Assembly (NCBI GenBank): GCA_023421675.1
Contig: JAEZTC010000001.1
Coordinates: forward strand, 31,388 to 95,387
Source of the DNA: Bacillota bacterium
GTDB lineage: Bacteria; Bacillota; Clostridia; Acetivibrionales; JANLFN01
Direction: 5' to 3'
Length of the DNA stretch: 64,000 nt
Shown here piece after piece: positions 59,407 to 64,000 of this stretch. Each line of letters begins with the position of its first letter. Position 1 is the first letter of the stretch. Made by a program: the position numbers and the translations under genes. The notes under the pieces were generated by a model. The model was not told where the DNA came from and ran no database searches. It worked only from the letters and a program-made list of their open reading frames with translations.

Positions 59407-60924
59407 ATGGACGGGGGAAACGCTGTGCGGTTAAAATCCATTATACATGCATTCAAAAAATTTAAGCTTATTGATACTATTACTTCTGCAAATTTGTCTA
59501 TAAGAAATAAGATTATTATTGCATTTATTATTGTAATACTGCTTATGGGAATCCTTAATATTGCTATGCTTTATAGCTCTCTAAAGTATAGTGAACAATA
59601 CAATACAGTAGTTTTGAACATTACCAATGCAAACAGCATCAATGGCATAGTAAAAACCAGAATAGACAGTGAAATGTGGGATATAGTCAAAGGTAAGGTC
59701 AAGTTCGAAGAAGGAAAGCAATATGAAATAATCAGGGAAATAAACACAAATATCAAGAATATAATGAAAAATGTTAGTAATCCGGACAATAGAACAAGAC
59801 TTGATGTAACACTTCGTACCATGAAGACCCTTACCAGCTATGTTGATACCATGGGTCAGCAAATCAGAGATAAAAGGCGTGTTGCTGAGAATGAGAAAGT
59901 TCTGGAGGAGATAAGAGGAGTATCCTCCCTTGTAGAAGAAAACATACAGGAGTTCATTCTGTATGAGCTTCAGGATTCTGCAGAAATAAATACCAAGATA
60001 CAGAACAATATAAAAAGCTGGGTTTTGACTAATATTATAGTTTTGGGCCTGGTATTTGTTTTTTCAGGTTTTGCAGCTTGGGTCATCGGAGAAAGCATTT
60101 CCAAGCCCATACGCGTATTGCACAAAATGACAAAATCCATATCCGAAGGTAATCTTGACGTAAGAGTCGAGAATAAAAATGTCGATGAGATTACCAGCCT
60201 CGGCAGAAGCTTTAACATAATGACACAAAAAATAAAAGAATTGTTTGAGAAAAGTATCAAGGAGCAGGAGGAACTGAAAAAGGCTGAATTAAAGGTTATG
60301 CAGGCTCAGATTAATCCTCATTTTTTATATAATACGCTTGATACCATCATATGGATGGCTGAAGCCAACAAAAGTGAGCAGGTAATTGAAATTGTACGCG
60401 CACTTTCAAACTTTTTCAGAATTACCCTCAGCAAGGGAAACGACTGGATAACAATTAGAGATGAAGTAGCACACATCAGAAGCTATCTTATAATTCAGAA
60501 AATAAGGTACAGGGATATATTGGACTTTGATATAGATATTGACGAAAAAATCATGGACTATACAATCTTAAAACTTACATTGCAGCCTATTGTGGAAAAT
60601 GCTCTTTACCATGGAATTAAGAACAAAAGAAAGGGAGGGGTAATAACCATAAGCGGTTACAAGACTGAGGATGGTAAAATAGTTTTTAAAATTAATGATA
60701 ATGGGGCGGGAATGACCGAGGAACGCTATAAGGAAGTACAAGCGGAGCTTGAAGACGACTCGAAGGAAATGGTTATAAAGGACAGGGGCTTCGGCCTGAG
60801 TAATGTTCATAAGAGGATAAAGCTCTACTATGGAGAACAATATGGGCTGAGCATCAGCACTGAGAATGAAATAGGTACAGAAGTATCAGTAGTTATACCT
60901 ATAAGAGGTGAATTGGGTGTATAA
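59407..60924 (+). CDS. sensor histidine kinase (LytS/YesM-type: TM, HAMP, His_kinase, HATPase)
   Basis: HAMP region, INPHFLYNTL histidine box, ATPase motifs (NALYHG, DNGAGM, GFGL). Confidence 0.85.
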   Translation: MDGGNAVRLKSIIHAFKKFKLIDTITSANLSIRNKIIIAFIIVILLMGILNIAMLYSSLKYSEQYNTVVLNITNANSINGIVKTRIDSEMWDIVKGKVKFEEGKQYEIIREINTNIKNIMKNVSNPDNRTRLDVTLRTMKTLTSYVDTMGQQIRDKRRVAENEKVLEEIRGVSSLVEENIQEFILYELQDSAEINTKIQNNIKSWVLTNIIVLGLVFVFSGFAAWVIGESISKPIRVLHKMTKSISEGNLDVRVENKNVDEITSLGRSFNIMTQKIKELFEKSIKEQEELKKAELKVMQAQINPHFLYNTLDTIIWMAEANKSEQVIEIVRALSNFFRITLSKGNDWITIRDEVAHIRSYLIIQKIRYRDILDFDIDIDEKIMDYTILKLTLQPIVENALYHGIKNKRKGGVITISGYKTEDGKIVFKINDNGAGMTEERYKEVQAELEDDSKEMVIKDRGFGLSNVHKRIKLYYGEQYGLSISTENEIGTEVSVVIPIRGELGV

Positions 60925-62515
60925 GGTATTTATTGTTGATGATGAGATTGTAACACGTGAAGGGATAAGGGATAACATTAAATGGGAGAACACTAACTTT
61001 GTGTTAGCTGGAGAAGCTCCGGATGGTGAAATTGCAATTCCCATGATACAGGAAATTAAACCGGATATAGTTGTTACAGACATAAAAATGCCTTTCATGG
61101 ATGGCTTGCAGTTAAGCAGGATAATCAAAAAAAGCATACCCTGGATAAAGATAATAATCCTCAGTGGTCATGATGAATTTGATTATGCCAGAGAAGCCAT
61201 ACGTATAGGTATTAATGAATTTATGCTAAAGCCGGTCAGTTCGTCTGATTTAATTGAGGTCTTGAATAAGGTGGCTCTCCAGATAGAACAGGAAAAGAAG
61301 GAACGGGAAAATACTGAAAAACTAAAAAGGCAGATAGAAAGCAATGTACCTCTGTTCAGAAACGAGTTCCTGAACAAGCTTGTGCTGGGTTTGGTCCCAC
61401 CGCTGGAAGTAATCGATGGGTGTTCTCGCTATGACATCAATATAATAGCTAAGTTCTATCTGACTTTGATTATTGAATTTGAAATACCTGATGTTAATGA
61501 GCATGAATATGACTATTCCGAGTACTTAAAGTCTGAGGCGTTAGTTGACACTATGTTTGCCGATAACAGCGACTATATCATATTTAAAATGAACCACAAT
61601 CAGAAGGTAGTGATTATTAAAGGTGATAAGCCCATGGCACTGGAAGAAACTGCGTACAGCATGGCTCAGGCTATAAAATATGAGGTTGAAAGGAATACAC
61701 CATTCCGGATTGCAATAAGTATCGGAAGTGTAAGGGAAAGGCTTCAGGGTATTCCTCTTTCCTATAAAGATGCACAGATGGTCCAAAGTTACAAATATAT
61801 GTACGGAAGCAATAAAATCATTGGAATAAATGATATCAAAATAGACTCTGCGAGTAAAAAAGAATATATCAAAATTGATAAAAATGATATCCGTGACTTT
61901 TTGAAGTGCGGTTCAAAGGCAGACATAGAAAAGTACATTGATGGATACGTGAAGAACCTTAGTGTAACAGGAATGAAATCACTTATCTATATTTATTATG
62001 TTTTTATGGATATAGTTATGAACACCTCAAAATTTATATTCGACCTTGGAGGAGATATCGAAAGTTTGATTCCGGAGGTGGCCAATCTTGAAATGATAGT
62101 TTCTAATATAGATTCTATAATGAAGTTTAAGGAGCAAGCTGTAAAACTTCTTACAAAGGTTTTTGAATACAGGGACAGCAGAGTTGAGAATAAGTATAAC
62201 GGTATAATCAGTAAAGCAAAGGAATATATAAAAAATAATTTTTATGACCCGAATATTTCCCTTAATATGGTTGCATCGGCAGTAAACTTGAGTCCCAGCC
62301 ATTTCAGTACTGTTTTCAGCCAGGAAACAGGTGAAAATTTTATTGAATACTTGACAAGGATGAGAATGAAAAAAGCCATGGAACTTCTTAAGACAACTAC
62401 GCAAAAGTCCTCCGAAATAGCCTATAATATAGGCTACAACGATCCTCATTATTTCAGTTATATTTTTAAAAAGACAGCCGGAGTGACACCAAAGGAATTT
62501 AGAAACGAGAAATAA
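60917..62515 (+). CDS. response regulator with AraC-type HTH output (YesN-like)
   Basis: REC domain (FIVDDE...DIVVTDIKMPFMDG) and C-terminal AraC HTH (IAYNIGYNDPHYFSYIFKKTAGVTPKEFR). GTG start after an AGAGGTG RBS. Overlaps the histidine-kinase gene 3' end. Confidence 0.85.
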   Translation: MYKVFIVDDEIVTREGIRDNIKWENTNFVLAGEAPDGEIAIPMIQEIKPDIVVTDIKMPFMDGLQLSRIIKKSIPWIKIIILSGHDEFDYAREAIRIGINEFMLKPVSSSDLIEVLNKVALQIEQEKKERENTEKLKRQIESNVPLFRNEFLNKLVLGLVPPLEVIDGCSRYDINIIAKFYLTLIIEFEIPDVNEHEYDYSEYLKSEALVDTMFADNSDYIIFKMNHNQKVVIIKGDKPMALEETAYSMAQAIKYEVERNTPFRIAISIGSVRERLQGIPLSYKDAQMVQSYKYMYGSNKIIGINDIKIDSASKKEYIKIDKNDIRDFLKCGSKADIEKYIDGYVKNLSVTGMKSLIYIYYVFMDIVMNTSKFIFDLGGDIESLIPEVANLEMIVSNIDSIMKFKEQAVKLLTKVFEYRDSRVENKYNGIISKAKEYIKNNFYDPNISLNMVASAVNLSPSHFSTVFSQETGENFIEYLTRMRMKKAMELLKTTTQKSSEIAYNIGYNDPHYFSYIFKKTAGVTPKEFRNEK

Positions 62516-62823
62516 CTATTGTAATATATAGGATGAAGTAAATTTCTTATACATTATTTGCATTTCTAAAGCCAAATGCAAATGGGTATCAAATCAGAAT
62601 TTACTTTATCCTATTACAGATGTAATAAGTTGAATTAAACTCATTTATCATACCATTATGGCCGGCATTAAGGACATGATGCATATTAAATATTTAATTC
62701 AACTTATATTGTCCGTAAAAAAATGAACTTTCAAAATAAAAACGTATCATTTCCAATACTTTTTTTGGAAAATTCAAGTAGCCTAATAAAACTTAATAAA
62801 AAAATAAACATATCGAATAAAAA

Positions 62824-62860
62824 AACCAACATTTTACCAAATGATGGTTTTTTTGTTTTT
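62824..62860 (+). terminator. terminator-like hairpin plus T-tract
   Basis: AACCAACATT and AATGATGGTT stem (1 mismatch) followed by TTTTTTTGTTTTTT. Confidence 0.45.
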
Positions 62861-63011
62861 TAAAATTAGATAAATTAATCTACCTATGCCCAAAGCAATT
62901 GCATTGAGTAAACATACTACCCAAAATATAATGAAGGTGTATTAAACGAGGCATACTCTTCCGCGGAGAGAATGCGGGAAACTAATTATTAATTAATTAG
63001 GAGGAAAAATA

Positions 63012-64000
63012 ATGAGAAGGTTTTCAAAAGTTATCGGTTTGTTAGTTGCAATGATTATGACATTTTCATTGGCAGCATGTGGTAGTTCAAGCAGTTCAAG
63101 CAGTACTGATTCCAACAACACAGCATCAACAGTAAGTTCCGATTCTAAAGCAAAATCAGATAAGAAAGTTACTGTAGGTGTTGTGCAGACAAATGCGAAC
63201 GAGTCAGACTGGCGTACTGCAAACACAAAGTCTTTCAAAGAAGCATTTGGTAAAGCAGGTTTTGATCTGAAAATAGTTTATGGTGAAGGCGACCATGCAA
63301 AACAGATCTCACAGGCACAACAGCTTATCCAGGAAGAAGTTGACTATCTTGTAGTTTTAGGACTTCAGGCAGCAGGTTGGGAAGACGTAGCAAAGGCTGC
63401 TAAGCAAGCTGGAATTCCATTTATTATGGCTGACCGTAAACTTGACTTGGCAGAGGATCTTTACACGGCAATGGTATGCTCCGATTTCGAAGCTGAAGGT
63501 AAGAAGGCTGTTGAATGGCTGAAAAATCAAAAACTCAGTGAGAACAATATTGTTGTACTTGGCGGTGACACAGGTTCTTCCGCTCAGATTGGACGTTCAA
63601 AAGCTATTGATGACGGCGCAAAGGCAAATAACTGGAAAATCGTATTCAATCAGAATATGAAGGGTTGGGACGAAACACTTGCAAAGCAGGCTGTTGCTGA
63701 TCTTATAGCTAAAGGAACCAAATTCAACGTTGTATACGCTGAAAACGACAATATGGCTCGTGGTGCTTGCGCTGCTATGGATGCTGCAGGTATTAAATAC
63801 GGAAAGAGCGGCAATGTAAAGGTTATTGCTTTTGATGCAAACAAGTGGGCTCTTAAGAATGTTCTTGAAGGTAAATTTAACCTTGACGTTGAGTGCAATC
63901 CTCTCCATGGTCCTCGTATTGTTGAATTAATTAATAAGCTTGAGGCTGGAGAAAAAGTTGAAAAGAATGCATATGTTACTGAAGAAGTGTTTGATACTGC
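63012..64000 (+). CDS. periplasmic sugar-binding lipoprotein (ABC transporter substrate-binding), 3'-truncated at window edge
   Basis: RBS TAGGAGGAAAAATA-ATG. Lipobox LAACGSSSS. Reading frame stays open to the window end. Paralogous to 58367-59371. Confidence 0.8.
   Translation, partial: MRRFSKVIGLLVAMIMTFSLAACGSSSSSSSTDSNNTASTVSSDSKAKSDKKVTVGVVQTNANESDWRTANTKSFKEAFGKAGFDLKIVYGEGDHAKQISQAQQLIQEEVDYLVVLGLQAAGWEDVAKAAKQAGIPFIMADRKLDLAEDLYTAMVCSDFEAEGKKAVEWLKNQKLSENNIVVLGGDTGSSAQIGRSKAIDDGAKANNWKIVFNQNMKGWDETLAKQAVADLIAKGTKFNVVYAENDNMARGACAAMDAAGIKYGKSGNVKVIAFDANKWALKNVLEGKFNLDVECNPLHGPRIVELINKLEAGEKVEKNAYVTEEVFDT

Noticed and set aside
1-64000. Minus-strand tracked ORFs embedded in long plus-strand genes (for example 2975..3196, 3732..4082, 8419..9012, 10364..11048, 12553..13473, 15052..15360, 16257..16733) and plus-strand ORFs inside minus-strand genes (for example 19043..19276, 27772..28017, 29094..29282, 36207..36602)
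   Set aside because: They are antisense to genes with clear family signatures. They have no RBS and show low-complexity translations.
1-64000. Searched by eye for transposase or integrase (DDE, Tyr/Ser recombinase motifs), CRISPR repeats, rRNA and canonical tRNA genes
   Set aside because: None found anywhere in the window.

Overview
This is a 64-kb chromosomal window from a low-GC Firmicute, probably a Clostridia-type genome (inference). The inference rests on tig-clpP-clpX-lonB synteny, a sporulation-type LonB, rubrerythrin, ECF sigma/anti-sigma pairs and sugar-sensing binding-protein/LytS-type kinase/AraC-type regulator modules. Nt 1-21,900 is a mostly plus-strand housekeeping block: tsaE-tsaB-rimI, a Lon-like protease, ECF sigma/anti-sigma, VanW lipoprotein, HPr-like protein, uvrC, tig, clpP, clpX, lonB, uppP, tsaD and smpB. 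A DnaA-box cluster lies downstream of tsaD. A four-helix-bundle (rRNA-IVS protein family) cassette flanked by 32-nt inverted heptamer repeats sits between smpB and ssrA. tmRNA (ssrA) is at 22,342-22,732, with tag peptide AKNNNNYSLALAA. Immediately 3' of ssrA is a ~12-kb accessory island (22.76-34.83 kb) bounded by 44-48-nt imperfect direct repeats and lacking any recombinase. It carries a pair of ~115-nt conserved repeats around a small zinc-ribbon gene and an AT-rich 947-972-aa HD-phosphohydrolase/GHKL-ATPase fusion that looks like a defence protein. It also carries a scrambled acetyltransferase pseudogene and two tandem WYL-domain genes divergent from an RtcB RNA ligase. The RtcB gene is followed by tRNA-like T-arm elements, then an SPFH protein, a membrane-anchored MerR regulator and a HigB/HigA-like toxin-antitoxin pair. 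Downstream (35-64 kb) are a candidate type-I-toxin-like peptide, SDR, truA, an MnmC-like methyltransferase, a secreted metzincin, lipoproteins, an MBL hydrolase, two paralogous unknown proteins, pirin, arr (rifampin ADP-ribosyltransferase), an Ntn hydrolase, pncA-like/pncB, rubrerythrin, AraC, LD-carboxypeptidase, a DMT transporter with MocR regulator, an L-fucose-isomerase-like gene, and a binding-protein/histidine-kinase/AraC-response-regulator sugar-sensing cluster. No rRNA, canonical tRNA, CRISPR array, transposase or integrase was found. All calls come from reading translations and motifs by eye; no searches were run.
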